Position numbers and translations under genes: made by a program. This document shows positions 26,006 through 35,970 of a DNA stretch of 64,000 nucleotides, in pieces. The notes beneath the pieces were generated by a model, which saw only the letters and a list, made by a program, of their open reading frames with translations, was not told the DNA's origin and made no database searches. Location of the stretch: the IMG/VR virus record IMGVR_UViG_3300006922_000005; one strand, given 5' to 3'. Within the stretch, counting starts at the first letter, position 1; the number at the start of each line of letters is the position of its first letter. The stretch is from a virus (Duplodnaviria; Caudoviricetes).

Positions 26006-26243
26006 CCACAAATGCTTTAATTTTGTTAAAATTATTTGTAGTTTGTTCTTTACCTTCTTGCCAACTATTTTTTTGGTATTCTACTATATCTGCCCATTCG
26101 CTGATTACCCAGTTATTTATTTTTTCAACAATAACAGGTTTCTTCTTAGGTGTTAATGTTTCATCAGCACCTGCTGTTGTAACAAGAAGTACAAATAATA
26201 TTGTTATACTTGCTACGATTGTTAATAGTGTCTTAGTTGTCAT
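25983..26243 (-). CDS. Exported/membrane-anchored hypothetical protein
   Basis: Signal-like N-terminus; W..IVEYQKNSWQEGKEQ. Confidence 0.6.
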   Translation of the reverse strand: MTTKTLLTIVASITILFVLLVTTAGADETLTPKKKPVIVEKINNWVISEWADIVEYQKNSWQEGKEQTTNNFNKIKAFVVDNTTKR

Positions 26244-26263
26244 ATATTCCTTTTGTTAGTTTT

Positions 26264-26340
26264 TGGCCTGCTCGGGAGGACTCGAACCTCCGACCTTTGG
26301 TTCCGCAAACCAATGTTCTATCCGGCTGAACTACGAGCAG
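26264..26340 (-). tRNA. tRNA-Arg(GCG)
   Basis: TTGGT-TTGCGGA-ACCAA anticodon arm, CCA end. Confidence 0.92.
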
Positions 26341-26409
26341 TTTTTGTTTCATATATAACTTAACTATATATGGTAAAACCGTTTTTGTCAACCAGATTTT
26401 TAATCCAAT

Positions 26410-26604
26410 TTAATATGTACAAGTAAGTTCAGCACCTGGATTAACATGACGTTCAACTTCGTCAATCAAACTCTTTTCATCTGAATCGCTTGGTGCTTGG
26501 GGATTTTTATTTTGGGTTACTGTTGGTTTAGCATTACAGTTGTCCAATTTGAATGTGCAAGATATAAGGAATATCGCAATGAATATCAGCAGTGTGTAAC
26601 GCAT
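26410..26604 (-). CDS. Small lipoprotein
   Basis: MRYTLLIFIAIFLISC lipobox; TAAATA 5 nt upstream. Confidence 0.55.
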   Translation of the reverse strand: MRYTLLIFIAIFLISCTFKLDNCNAKPTVTQNKNPQAPSDSDEKSLIDEVERHVNPGAELTCTY

Positions 26605-26612
26605 GGTTGTAT

Positions 26613-27239
26613 TTATTTGTACTTTGGTCCTAATGCCCAAACTACCATGCTTTTTCTTGTACCTTCTGTAACTGGTAAAACTCTATGAGGCACTGTTGAA
26701 CTAAAAATAACCATGTCTCCAATTCCGCCTAGTTTCACAATTTCTGTTTTGCGTTCGTTGTGTTCCATGCCACCGTCTAATTCAAATCCTCCACCTGTGT
26801 ATTCGGTTGGATCGTTCATTAGTATAGTTGCACTTAATTTTCTTAACTTACCCGGAAAGGCAGTATCGTCACCATATGGCCACGGGTGGGCATCATAGTG
26901 CCAATCGTAGTGTCCCTGCTCATGCCCGTGATATTCAGTGTATTGACAATCTTCAAATTGATCAATGTGTAAATCCCATTGACATTCTTGATTAGCAGTT
27001 ACGAACATCTGTTGTAAACGTTCGTATATCCACGGTTCTTGGAAGAACCAAAGATCGCTTCTGCGTATGTCTGCATTTGGAATGCCACTAAACGTTTCTT
27101 CATGGGCAGGGTCTTTAGTTTGAAATCCAGTCATACCTCGTTGGTTATGACCTAGTTTAGCCAACCGTTCTATTTCTTTACACTCATCTGGTGTAAAAAC
27201 TTTTAAGTAAGTTTGAAATAGAATAGGTGAGTTAAGCAT
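26613..27239 (-). CDS. 2OG-Fe(II) oxygenase (PKHD-like)
   Basis: YDWHYD, RKLS, H(RV.PV)..G.R.S.V.W..GP. Confidence 0.9.
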   Translation of the reverse strand: MLNSPILFQTYLKVFTPDECKEIERLAKLGHNQRGMTGFQTKDPAHEETFSGIPNADIRRSDLWFFQEPWIYERLQQMFVTANQECQWDLHIDQFEDCQYTEYHGHEQGHYDWHYDAHPWPYGDDTAFPGKLRKLSATILMNDPTEYTGGGFELDGGMEHNERKTEIVKLGGIGDMVIFSSTVPHRVLPVTEGTRKSMVVWALGPKYK

Positions 27240-27439
27240 TAGAAGTACTTGTTAAGCATTTCAAGTCTGTCGTGTGCAGTTGCCATTTTATCTAACTCTT
27301 TTTGAATAGTTTCGATAATATCGCTATGCTCGCCGATGCCTACGACTTGTTGCATGTATACTTCAATATTTGCTTTGTGCAGATCAATTTCTGCTTCGGC
27401 ATGTTTCTTAGCCGCTGAGATCAATATTTCTTTCAACAT
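27239..27439 (-). CDS. Small conserved phage protein
   Basis: H.ANIEVY....VGIGEHSDI motif. Confidence 0.6.
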   Translation of the reverse strand: MLKEILISAAKKHAEAEIDLHKANIEVYMQQVVGIGEHSDIIETIQKELDKMATAHDRLEMLNKYF

Positions 27440-27504
27440 AAATTCCTTCCTTGTGTGTTAGCGTTGCTTACACTATACTTATTTTAGATTAAAAAGTCAA
27501 CCTT

Positions 27505-28665
27505 TTATTTGGCAGTTGGATTAACTTGGAAGAATGTGTCTGTTCCTTGTGTAGGAATAATTGCTGGTAGCGATTTTTTGATTGATGCACCAGTCATTAA
27601 CTTAACCATGCTTTCGCCTGATGAAGCAGTTATCATTGAGCGGTTCCCAACAACTAAACTAGAAGCAGTTCGCCATGCTCCGCCCATATCATGATGTTCT
27701 TTGTACCAGTCAAAGTTTGCTTGAACATATGCATTAAGTACTTTGTCTGGACTTACATTAGGTGTTTGAAAAACACTTGTAATTTTATCTCCGTAAGTTT
27801 GGAATCTTTGTTGGAAGATAGCATTACCTAATGCTTGTCTTTCTTGTGTTGACATATCTAAATGATTTATTACTCTTACAAAATCAACTACGTTAATACT
27901 TTTTTGTGGCTTGTCTATAGTTCTTAGTTTACTTGCTTTGAAACCTTCCATGTCTTGTAGTCCACCGCTTTGGTAATCGCTAATGGCTTGTGATACTGTA
28001 GGGAACTTTTGTAGTACATCAAGAACATCACGTGTACTAACACCACCTTCTCCTAGTCTACCTGAGCCTGTAGGACCTTTTGAAGTGTTACTAATATTTT
28101 CTGAGTGTGCAACTTTTAATTCTACTGGAACACCTGATGCTGATCCATCTGGATTTCTACCAGTTGTTACCATTAAATCACCTGTACCTTGTTGCGTTAT
28201 ATTTTGACTTAGAATAGCAAACGCATGTTCGCCTTTACCTGCTCTTTTTTGACCTAACCCAAATTTAATAAACTCCATAAACATTATTTCGTTTACTTTG
28301 TCTCCGTAAAATAAATCATCAAAATTGTAGTGTCCGTCTTTTAAGAAACAAGCATGATTAACACATTTGTTCTTTTCAAAGTTATCTAAGAACTTGTTCT
28401 TTTGTGCAATACTTAAACCGTTAGCACCTGCCATCTTTTCAGATATAAGTTGAATAGTTTTTTCACCATACTCGCCTGCTAACTCTTTACTGATCTTAGG
28501 AAAGATTCTGTCAACAACATTTGTTTTGTGTAGTAGTGTGTATACACGATCTAATAATTTAACTTGTTCTTCGTCATTAGGATCAAGATCCTTGACTCTA
28601 TCAAAGATGTCTTGCTTTGCCGCTTCTGGATCGGTATACTCTCGTAAGAATTCTAATGCTCTCAT
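27505..28665 (-). CDS. Putative PD-(D/E)XK-fold virion protein
   Basis: GKGE...GTGDL...VELK; MRALEFLRE N-terminus; TATAAATA late promoter. Confidence 0.45.
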   Translation of the reverse strand: MRALEFLREYTDPEAAKQDIFDRVKDLDPNDEEQVKLLDRVYTLLHKTNVVDRIFPKISKELAGEYGEKTIQLISEKMAGANGLSIAQKNKFLDNFEKNKCVNHACFLKDGHYNFDDLFYGDKVNEIMFMEFIKFGLGQKRAGKGEHAFAILSQNITQQGTGDLMVTTGRNPDGSASGVPVELKVAHSENISNTSKGPTGSGRLGEGGVSTRDVLDVLQKFPTVSQAISDYQSGGLQDMEGFKASKLRTIDKPQKSINVVDFVRVINHLDMSTQERQALGNAIFQQRFQTYGDKITSVFQTPNVSPDKVLNAYVQANFDWYKEHHDMGGAWRTASSLVVGNRSMITASSGESMVKLMTGASIKKSLPAIIPTQGTDTFFQVNPTAK

Positions 28666-28673
28666 AGCAATAT

Positions 28674-29381
28674 TTATACCTTTTTTGGAAATAGCATATC
28701 AGTACAAAAACGCTCTACATCTGCTTCATTAAGTCCTAATGACTTCATTACTTTAGGTGTATGTGGGTTTTGTTGCTGATTGTGACAGTACCAGTTTTGT
28801 CCTTCAAGTACTGTGTTGCGATCGCCCGTGTTATTATGATCACCAATTGATTCAAGGTATACTTTTAAATTATTTTGTGCTAGGTCAATAATAGTGTCTG
28901 CTTCGTCCATATCACTTACATTACCTGCCGCTACCATAGAGCCTGAAAATATATTAGTTGCCCATTCTGGTAATTCACGTTTTTTGCTAGGAACATATTC
29001 ACTTACAGTATCTTCAAACCATTCTACCATATTATGATCAGCACCTTGCCCATTAGGTCCACCTAGTGGACTATAGTCATGAAATGCACCTGTCATTTTG
29101 TTTTTACCTGCAATAACATCAAATCCGTAAATAGGACCATTGTTATGTAACTGCGGAAAAATACAAACGTGCATCATCCATAAGCCTTTTGTAGTAGTAG
29201 CATCTACGACATCAATGTGTGCTCTACGAATGTTATTGTTTTGCCACACACGATTAATCCAACCGTTGTCAGGTTGATTAAAATAGTCTAATCCATCTTC
29301 AGCATATTCTGTTCCATACTCATCGAACATATCAATAATGTTGAATTTGCAATCATTAAGTTTATTCCAAAGTTCACTCAC
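28674..29381 (-). CDS. Ferredoxin-dependent bilin reductase (PcyX/PcyA-like)
   Basis: RRAHIDVVD, LWMMHVCIFP, IYGFDVIAG..K.TGAFHDYSP, Q..NPHT; adjacent to heme oxygenase. Confidence 0.88.
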   Translation of the reverse strand: MSELWNKLNDCKFNIIDMFDEYGTEYAEDGLDYFNQPDNGWINRVWQNNNIRRAHIDVVDATTTKGLWMMHVCIFPQLHNNGPIYGFDVIAGKNKMTGAFHDYSPLGGPNGQGADHNMVEWFEDTVSEYVPSKKRELPEWATNIFSGSMVAAGNVSDMDEADTIIDLAQNNLKVYLESIGDHNNTGDRNTVLEGQNWYCHNQQQNPHTPKVMKSLGLNEADVERFCTDMLFPKKV

Positions 29382-29913
29382 TGCTTAAATCCTTGAATAG
29401 TTCTGTGGCAAACTGAAAGCATTTGATTGCTTCGTCAACATATAGGTCTTCTTTACCTTCTAGTCTACTGCGTACTTCAGCAATAAGTTCTTTTTCATTA
29501 CCGTTAAATTTATAGTATTTTCCATCGCCGGGTACACGTTTAGCAATTATTTGTCCGCCATGTAAATCACCAAAGTGTCTAACATATATGTGAGCAAGTA
29601 ATTGTTCTGGATCATATTCGTGTAGTTTATATAGATGTTCTTTGTAGTCTACTGCACTACCTTTTATAGTAAAGTTTCCGCCAAGTTGATTAAAGTCTTC
29701 TTTGATTGCTTCTGCTCTACATATACCTTCAATACCTTTAAGAATGCCAGCATGTCCTGCCCATTCTTCAAGTGCTTCGTAAACAAACAATTGATTGTAT
29801 AGATACTCTGCGTACTGTGATTCTGTAAGTTGTCCTTTGAGAAGTTTACGTGCAAAGTCGCTACGTTCTGCAGATTTATGAAATTCCCAGGTTAATTCTT
29901 TAAGTGTTGCCAT
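29374..29913 (-). CDS. hemO: Heme oxygenase
   Basis: LKELTWEFHKSAE, LLAHIYVRHFGDLHGGQII. Confidence 0.92.
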   Translation of the reverse strand: MATLKELTWEFHKSAERSDFARKLLKGQLTESQYAEYLYNQLFVYEALEEWAGHAGILKGIEGICRAEAIKEDFNQLGGNFTIKGSAVDYKEHLYKLHEYDPEQLLAHIYVRHFGDLHGGQIIAKRVPGDGKYYKFNGNEKELIAEVRSRLEGKEDLYVDEAIKCFQFATELFKDLSSE

Positions 29914-29921
29914 ATTGATAT

Positions 29922-30539
29922 TTACTCAGAAAAGTTTACATTGCCACTAACAGTGATTCTATAATCATCGCTAGTGTAAAAAGGATATACTGTGTGCGGC
30001 ATTGCACTAGGAAAAATACAAATCTTTCCATTAAATGTTTTGTCTACAGGAATAGGCACTGTAGTATGTTCGCCTAGTGTATTTCTAAAGGCAAACTCAA
30101 AGTGTCCTGCAAGATTGTTGTTGCTTTGTTTTCCTGGACCAGTTGCTAACTCGTCATTTATACTATACGGTATATCTAACCATATAACAAAACTAAAAAG
30201 TCCTGTATGATTATGAACAGGATTAAATTCGTATTTCTTTTGAAAGTTAATCCAAAAGTCTTTTAATATAATTTGCGACTGTCTTACTAACTGTGGTTTG
30301 TATGCAGGATAGTTGTCTTTGTAAAACTTACAAGCATTTAATATAAACGGCTCGCATTGTGCTTTGATATCTGCTAAGTCAAATTCATTTTCAATATTAC
30401 CAGCAAGATTTTTATTGTAGTCAGTGCCACTAGTAAAGTTTTGTTTTAAACTATTTGATTTTTGCCTAAGGATATCTAAAACGTTTGGATCAACGTCAGC
30501 AATTACATATCCAATATTGGCAAATTGATAGGCATCCAT
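29922..30539 (-). CDS. 2OG-Fe(II) oxygenase-like protein
   Basis: WINFQKKYEFNPVHNHTG, FP..M.H.VYPF, RITVSGN. Confidence 0.8.
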   Translation of the reverse strand: MDAYQFANIGYVIADVDPNVLDILRQKSNSLKQNFTSGTDYNKNLAGNIENEFDLADIKAQCEPFILNACKFYKDNYPAYKPQLVRQSQIILKDFWINFQKKYEFNPVHNHTGLFSFVIWLDIPYSINDELATGPGKQSNNNLAGHFEFAFRNTLGEHTTVPIPVDKTFNGKICIFPSAMPHTVYPFYTSDDYRITVSGNVNFSE

Positions 30540-30844
30540 TATGCAAGATCTACTTTGACCTGAAGTGGATAACCGCTTTCTCTTGCTAGTACACTTGTTT
30601 CTACACCTTTTTGTTCTGCAATTTCATATGTGTAGATTCCTGCAACACCTTGTCCATTTTGATGGATCTGTTGCATTATTGCTTCTGCTCTATCTATATT
30701 ATGTTTAAAGATTTCCTTTAGTACTTGAACAACAAAGTCCATAGGAGTTACATTGTCATTAAAAAATGTAACCTTGTACATGCCAGGTTCTTTAATAGCA
30801 GATATTTGTTTTTCTTTTGTTACTGTATCTGTATGAGTAGTCAT
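30539..30844 (-). CDS. clpS: Clp protease adaptor ClpS
   Basis: YKVTFFNDNVTPMDFVV, IHQNGQGVAGIYTYEIAEQK, YPL. Confidence 0.92.
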   Translation of the reverse strand: MTTHTDTVTKEKQISAIKEPGMYKVTFFNDNVTPMDFVVQVLKEIFKHNIDRAEAIMQQIHQNGQGVAGIYTYEIAEQKGVETSVLARESGYPLQVKVDLA

Positions 30845-30910
30845 AATAATTACCTTTAACCCTTTTTAATATTTATAGTATATAATACACTAGATTAATT
30901 AATAATGCAA

Positions 30911-30939
30911 GAAGGGAGAGTGCCAAAACACTCCCCCTA
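30911..30939. terminator. Intrinsic terminator after hsp20
   Basis: GGGAGAGTG/CACTCCCC hairpin. Confidence 0.6.
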
Positions 30940-30951
30940 TATTGCTGTGTA

Positions 30952-31389
30952 TTACTTAGGACTATTAATCTTAATAGTCTTTGGCTTTAGTGCTTCTGGT
31001 ACTTCACGTACTAAATGCACATTCAGCATACCTAGTTCAAGATTAGCATCTGCTACTTTAACATGGTCAGCGAGTGTAAACTCTCTACGGAAGTTGCGTC
31101 CGCCAATACCCTTGTGTAGGTAGTTGACATCTTCATCTCCTTTTGGAGCAGTTCCTTCGATTTTCAATTGATCACCATCTGTGGTAATTGAAAGGTTGTC
31201 CATACCAAAGCCTGCAACTGCTAATGAGATCATATACTCATCATCGTTGATTTGTGCTATATTGTATGGGGGATACCCGTTTCCGTTTGGACTATTTGCG
31301 AACTGTCTTTCCATTTCGTTAAACAGTCTATCAAAGCCAATTGTGGCTCTTTGGAAGTTAGGTAGGTCTAGAGTTGTTAGTCTTGTCAT
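30952..31389 (-). CDS. Small heat-shock protein (IbpA/Hsp20)
   Basis: IGFDRLF, YPPYNI, LAVAGF, YLHKGIGGRNFRREF, GML. Confidence 0.95.
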   Translation of the reverse strand: MTRLTTLDLPNFQRATIGFDRLFNEMERQFANSPNGNGYPPYNIAQINDDEYMISLAVAGFGMDNLSITTDGDQLKIEGTAPKGDEDVNYLHKGIGGRNFRREFTLADHVKVADANLELGMLNVHLVREVPEALKPKTIKINSPK

Positions 31390-31445
31390 ATTATTTCTCC
31401 TTTATTAAGCAAGATTAATTGTTGTACCCTTTCGGCGTACACTTT
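31390..31445 (-). promoter_or_regulatory. ROSE-like RNA thermometer in the hsp20 5' UTR
   Basis: GAAA-tetraloop hairpin, then UCUUGCUU pairing with the AAAGGAGA SD with a bulged G. Confidence 0.65.
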
Positions 31446-31572
31446 TATTTATAACAGTTTTATCTGTTACATATATTATATAAGCATTAATAGTAAAAAG
31501 TCAAGTCTTTTTGGAAATATTTTTAGATCAAACAAGCATGATAAATAATATACGTACATAATAGGATATAAC

Positions 31573-31863
31573 ATGGATACAAACAAAAGATTAGATTTGT
31601 TAGAGAAAAAGATCGATTTGATTATGGATACGCTGAATATTACTTTGGAAAGCAAACCAGTAGCAACAGCATCTATACCAGTTATTGATGATTCAAATGT
31701 TAGACTTGAGATTCAAAAACTTAAGAACGAAATTAAAGTTCTTAAAATTAGGTTTAGAAAGTTACCTATGCAAAGTCCTCTAAGACAGGAAATGCTAGAC
31801 AACATTGAAAAGTTAATGCAACATCAAGCAGACTTAGAAACAGAACTAAATGCAACACATTGA
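31573..31863 (+). CDS. Coiled-coil hypothetical protein
   Basis: Heptad pattern; AGGA SD. Confidence 0.6.
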   Translation: MDTNKRLDLLEKKIDLIMDTLNITLESKPVATASIPVIDDSNVRLEIQKLKNEIKVLKIRFRKLPMQSPLRQEMLDNIEKLMQHQADLETELNATH

Positions 31864-33040
31864 TAAATTTGAACAGGCGATACTAAACCTTAAAGAAGAG
31901 GGCAGGTATCGTGTGTTCAACGATATTCTAAGAGAGTGTGGGGATTTTCCTAAAGCAATTTGGTATTCAAAATATGCTGTTACAAAGATTGTTAATTGGT
32001 GTTCTAACGATTACTTAGGTATGGGTCAACATCAATTTGTTTTAGATGCAATGAAAACAGCATTAGAAACAGCAGGTGCAGGTAGTGGTGGTACTAGAAA
32101 CATTAGTGGTACAACTCATTATCATGTTGCACTTGAACTAGAACTAGCACGTTTACACAACAAAGAATCAGCACTATTATTCACTAGTGCCTTTAATGCA
32201 AACGAAACTACATTAGAAACTATTGCAAAAATTATCCCAGACATTACATTTATTAGTGACAGTAACAATCATAGTTCATTAATACAAGGTATAAGACACA
32301 GTGGTGCTAAAAAAATTATTTGGACACACAATGATTTAGAAGAATTAGAATTAAAACTAAAACAGATTTCAGGACCTAAAATGGTTGTATTTGAATCTGT
32401 TTATAGTATGGACGGAGACATAGCACCAGTAGGTGATATTGTTAAACTATGTAAAAAGTACAAAGCAATAAGTTACATAGACGAAGTACATGCTGTAGGA
32501 TTATATGGACCAAACGGTGGAGGTGTGTGCGAAGAAAGAAATGTACACCCTGATATAATCAATGGTACTCTAGCCAAAGCATATGGAGTACAAGGCGGAT
32601 ATATTGCCGCTGACAAAACATTTATAGATGCAATACGAAGTTACGCACCTGCATTTATATTTACAACATCAATGAGTCCTGTTTTATGTGCAGGTGCATT
32701 AGCATCAGTAAAGTATGTAAAAGAACATAAAGAACTTAGAATGATGTTGCAAGTAAAGTCGGAAGAACTAAAAAGAAAGTTTATAGACAAAGGTATTCCG
32801 ATACTTGAAAATAATAGCCATATTGTTCCAGTTATGATTAAAGACCCTGTAAAGTGCAAACAAATATCAGATGATTTATTATACAAAGACGGAATATATG
32901 TGCAACCAATAAATTATCCTACTGTTGAAAAAGGCACAGAACGTTTAAGGTTTTGTCCTGGACCTAATCACTCATCAGGAATGATGGATGAACTTGTGGA
33001 TAAATTACTTACAGTGTTAGAAAGGCACAAAATAATATGA
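31850..33040 (+). CDS. hemA: 5-aminolevulinate synthase
   Basis: [49 protein letters not shown] (PLP Lys), RLRFCP. Confidence 0.95.
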   Translation: MQHIDKFEQAILNLKEEGRYRVFNDILRECGDFPKAIWYSKYAVTKIVNWCSNDYLGMGQHQFVLDAMKTALETAGAGSGGTRNISGTTHYHVALELELARLHNKESALLFTSAFNANETTLETIAKIIPDITFISDSNNHSSLIQGIRHSGAKKIIWTHNDLEELELKLKQISGPKMVVFESVYSMDGDIAPVGDIVKLCKKYKAISYIDEVHAVGLYGPNGGGVCEERNVHPDIINGTLAKAYGVQGGYIAADKTFIDAIRSYAPAFIFTTSMSPVLCAGALASVKYVKEHKELRMMLQVKSEELKRKFIDKGIPILENNSHIVPVMIKDPVKCKQISDDLLYKDGIYVQPINYPTVEKGTERLRFCPGPNHSSGMMDELVDKLLTVLERHKII

Positions 33041-33456
33041 ATAAAATAAAAAAATATATGTATCAGGCAATTGGTTTTTTATGTGTTGGTCTAGCCTATA
33101 TCGGAGTAGTGACACCCGGAATACCTTTTTCAATCTTCCTTGTAATTGCGGCATGGGCATTTGCAAAGAGTTCACCAAAAATGGAGGCTTGGTTATACAA
33201 CCACCCATGGTTTGGTAAATTCCTAACTAACTGGAATAAGAAAAGAGTATTTCCTACAAAAGGAAAATACGCAATGGTAATTGTAATGGCTTCTACACTT
33301 GCGTTTACTTTTTACGCAACAGGCAACTTAAAAGCAGTTGCGTGGAGTGGTGCATTTATGTTAGGTGTAGCAATATGGGCATGGAGATATCCTGGTTCAG
33401 TTGAAGAACACAAACGTAGAGTTGATGCAGGACAAAGAGTTGCATGGCTGAAATAG
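33037..33456 (+). CDS. DUF454/YbaN family membrane protein
   Basis: [21 protein letters not shown]....WL.NHPWFG. Confidence 0.85.
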   Translation: MNKIKKYMYQAIGFLCVGLAYIGVVTPGIPFSIFLVIAAWAFAKSSPKMEAWLYNHPWFGKFLTNWNKKRVFPTKGKYAMVIVMASTLAFTFYATGNLKAVAWSGAFMLGVAIWAWRYPGSVEEHKRRVDAGQRVAWLK

Positions 33457-33641
33457 ATTATACAGATACAGATGGTTTGCAAGTGTTATGGCATTTGCTA
33501 ACCACTGAGCCGTTCTTTTGGGTAATACTTTCCATTGGCTTTGTAGCAATACTATTAAGTTGGTGGGCAGAAAGACTACAAGACAAAGACGACGATCATG
33601 TTGTCCAATACTATGATGACAACCATCATATTAATCGTTAA
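33444..33641 (+). CDS. Small membrane protein
   Basis: One TM segment, acidic flanks. Confidence 0.5.
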   Translation: MAEIDYTDTDGLQVLWHLLTTEPFFWVILSIGFVAILLSWWAERLQDKDDDHVVQYYDDNHHINR

Positions 33642-33652
33642 GGAAATATAAA

Positions 33653-34210
33653 TTGATAGATGTACAATTAACTAAAAAGCCAATACTATTAGATCCATTT
33701 TTACCCGAAGAATGGTTACACATACGTATTAAGAAAGAAGTTCTTAATCAAGGGTTTCCGTGGCACTATCCAGGCATTGCAGTTATTGATGATCCAGATC
33801 CTTATGCAACATGCTTCGCTACACAATTTTATGATAAACCTACAGGTGACGACAAATGGTATCTAGCACCAAGTCTTACTCATGCGTTTGATAGTTTTGC
33901 ATGGCACAATCAAAGTTGGTTGCAAATCGATCATTTGATGAGATGTAGAGCAAACATGTATGCTCCAGGACAAGTAACAAGTCCACACATTGATAATGAA
34001 AATGAAAATCGTTGGAGTTTGTTATACTATCTAAATGATGCTGACGGTGGTACAGTTATTGACGGAACTGAATATCATCATAAAGAAAACACTGCGGTAT
34101 TTTTTGATGCAAGATTAAATCACTATCCAATTAAATCTACAACGCCCAGCCGAGTCAGTGTAAACTGGATTATGGCCGGACGTTATAAACAAGATACAGT
34201 TAAAATCTAA
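33653..34210 (+). CDS. 2OG-Fe(II) oxygenase-like protein
   Basis: PHID, LLYYLNDADGGT, H, R.SVN. Confidence 0.8.
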   Translation: MIDVQLTKKPILLDPFLPEEWLHIRIKKEVLNQGFPWHYPGIAVIDDPDPYATCFATQFYDKPTGDDKWYLAPSLTHAFDSFAWHNQSWLQIDHLMRCRANMYAPGQVTSPHIDNENENRWSLLYYLNDADGGTVIDGTEYHHKENTAVFFDARLNHYPIKSTTPSRVSVNWIMAGRYKQDTVKI

Positions 34211-34760
34211 ATCCTAAACTAGTACCAAACAGCATGTCTGTTTTATTAAAGTCTTTATCACTATCTCGTTGCACAAACATATTAAGTTGTGCTTTTGTAC
34301 CTAGTGGAAACTTATAGCCTAGTTTAGTTTGATATTCATCTACACTTAAATCATTACTATAACCACTGCCTAGCCTAAGCATTGGATTAACTTCTAAGTA
34401 CATACCTTTTACTCTTAACCCTATTGCAGATCTTACTCTCCAATAGTCGTTGCGTGTACCTTCGTAGTAACGATATTCAACTCGAGGCTTTATGTAAACT
34501 AAACCGTTATCATATAGTTTGTAGTCTATACGTGGACGATGTTCAGTTTTACTTCCGTTTTCATCATACCTATATGCAAACTTCCATTTGCCTACATACT
34601 TTTCTATTTGTATATGAGAACGCTCACTACTAGTATATTGTCTTGTTTCTATACCATAGTTTGAGTTTTGTATTTTTAGTGTGAATTGATTGCTATCGAA
34701 ATCATCCGCCCATGCTAACATAGGGAAACATAAAATTAATGTTGTGAGAATTTTTTTCAT
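34200..34760 (-). CDS. Small outer-membrane beta-barrel (porin-like)
   Basis: Signal peptide, alternating aromatic/basic beta strands, C-terminal Phe (LGFRF). Confidence 0.7.
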   Translation of the reverse strand: MKKILTTLILCFPMLAWADDFDSNQFTLKIQNSNYGIETRQYTSSERSHIQIEKYVGKWKFAYRYDENGSKTEHRPRIDYKLYDNGLVYIKPRVEYRYYEGTRNDYWRVRSAIGLRVKGMYLEVNPMLRLGSGYSNDLSVDEYQTKLGYKFPLGTKAQLNMFVQRDSDKDFNKTDMLFGTSLGFRF

Positions 34761-34767
34761 TTGATTG

Positions 34768-34796
34768 ATCGGGCGAAATTATTAGCCTCGCCCGAT
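34768..34796. terminator. Hairpin between transporter and porin genes
   Basis: ATCGGGCGA/TCGCCCGAT 9-bp perfect stem. Confidence 0.6.
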
Positions 34797-34806
34797 ACCT
34801 AAGTTT

Positions 34807-35856
34807 TTAAATTATTAGTGTAAGTGCACCTGCACCTAAGAGTAATGCTATCCATGCACCTAGTGCATTTAAGTATTTCTTCCAAGGTGTGCCAAAGTAT
34901 AGTTTACCAATTGCCATGCATTTGTGCATAGGTGATATTAAGTATCCTGCATAATCTAATGCAAAGAACCATACAAAATATTCAACTCCGTATACTAAAG
35001 ATAGTATAGTAGTAATAGCGGCAAATCTGCTACTTGAACCAAACAAGAATGCTGATCCAAATGCTAACGCACTTATGATACTAAATCCTGTTATTGTATT
35101 AATATCAAATGCAGTATTTTCAAGATATGCTTTGATGTCATTAGTATTCTCTCTAGTAAAGTTTGCAACTACAATGATAACTGCTACCCAAGCAAGTAAC
35201 TTAAAATCTACAAAGCCTAGTAACTTTTTATAATCCCATGTTAACGTAAGAATCATATAGTAAAATAGTAATGCACCAAACACTAACCACGGGTCTAACC
35301 CTCCAATAGGTTTAAGTGCTAGAACAATAGCAACTAAAAACGGAAACACATTTCTAATAACGTTTGATACTTTAAAATGTTTATTCTGTGTGTTAAGTTC
35401 AATGTCATCTTCTTTTACAAAGAAAGTAATATATGTAAACACTACTCCTAGTGATACAATTAATAGAGGCAGTAGTTTGAACACAACTGCTCCGTATCCA
35501 ATACTAAATGCGGCCATAGGAATAAGAATAGTCTTTTCCAATGGTGACCAAACATAATAGTGGTGAGTTGATAGATAGTCGATAATGCCAAACTTCTCTC
35601 GTCCTTTTGATCCTTTCGGAGGAGCGAGGGTGTCTAACATACCAGCCGAAACTGTTACTCGACCTGATATGGGAAGTATACCAGTAAACGCACTCATTAG
35701 TGCAACAATTACACGTTTTGATTTAAACACTTTTTGTATGTAGGCATAAGCACCTGCAAACAAATTATGTTCTTTTATCAAACCCGCAATCATCATAATG
35801 AACGCAATAAACAGTAGGTATTCTTGCCCCTTGTACAGCAAGTTTATATTTTCCAA
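34807..35856 (-). CDS. Multi-pass ion transporter (IT/ArsB-NhaD-like superfamily)
   Basis: About 9-10 TM segments; STHHYYVWSP motif; TTG start behind AGGAG. Confidence 0.65.
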   Translation of the reverse strand: MENINLLYKGQEYLLFIAFIMMIAGLIKEHNLFAGAYAYIQKVFKSKRVIVALMSAFTGILPISGRVTVSAGMLDTLAPPKGSKGREKFGIIDYLSTHHYYVWSPLEKTILIPMAAFSIGYGAVVFKLLPLLIVSLGVVFTYITFFVKEDDIELNTQNKHFKVSNVIRNVFPFLVAIVLALKPIGGLDPWLVFGALLFYYMILTLTWDYKKLLGFVDFKLLAWVAVIIVVANFTRENTNDIKAYLENTAFDINTITGFSIISALAFGSAFLFGSSSRFAAITTILSLVYGVEYFVWFFALDYAGYLISPMHKCMAIGKLYFGTPWKKYLNALGAWIALLLGAGALTLII

Positions 35857-35908
35857 GGTAATTTCTCCTGTTGTTTAATGCTTCGATGTAATCTTAGCGG
35901 TCGTTAAA

Positions 35909-35945
35909 AAACTGTTAGAAACACTATGCCTCTAACAGTTTTATT
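35909..35945 (-). terminator. Intrinsic terminator after peroxiredoxin
   Basis: AACTGTTAGA/TCTAACAGTT stem with T run. Confidence 0.6.
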
Positions 35946-35970
35946 TAAGTTAATGCTAATTGTGTGATAC

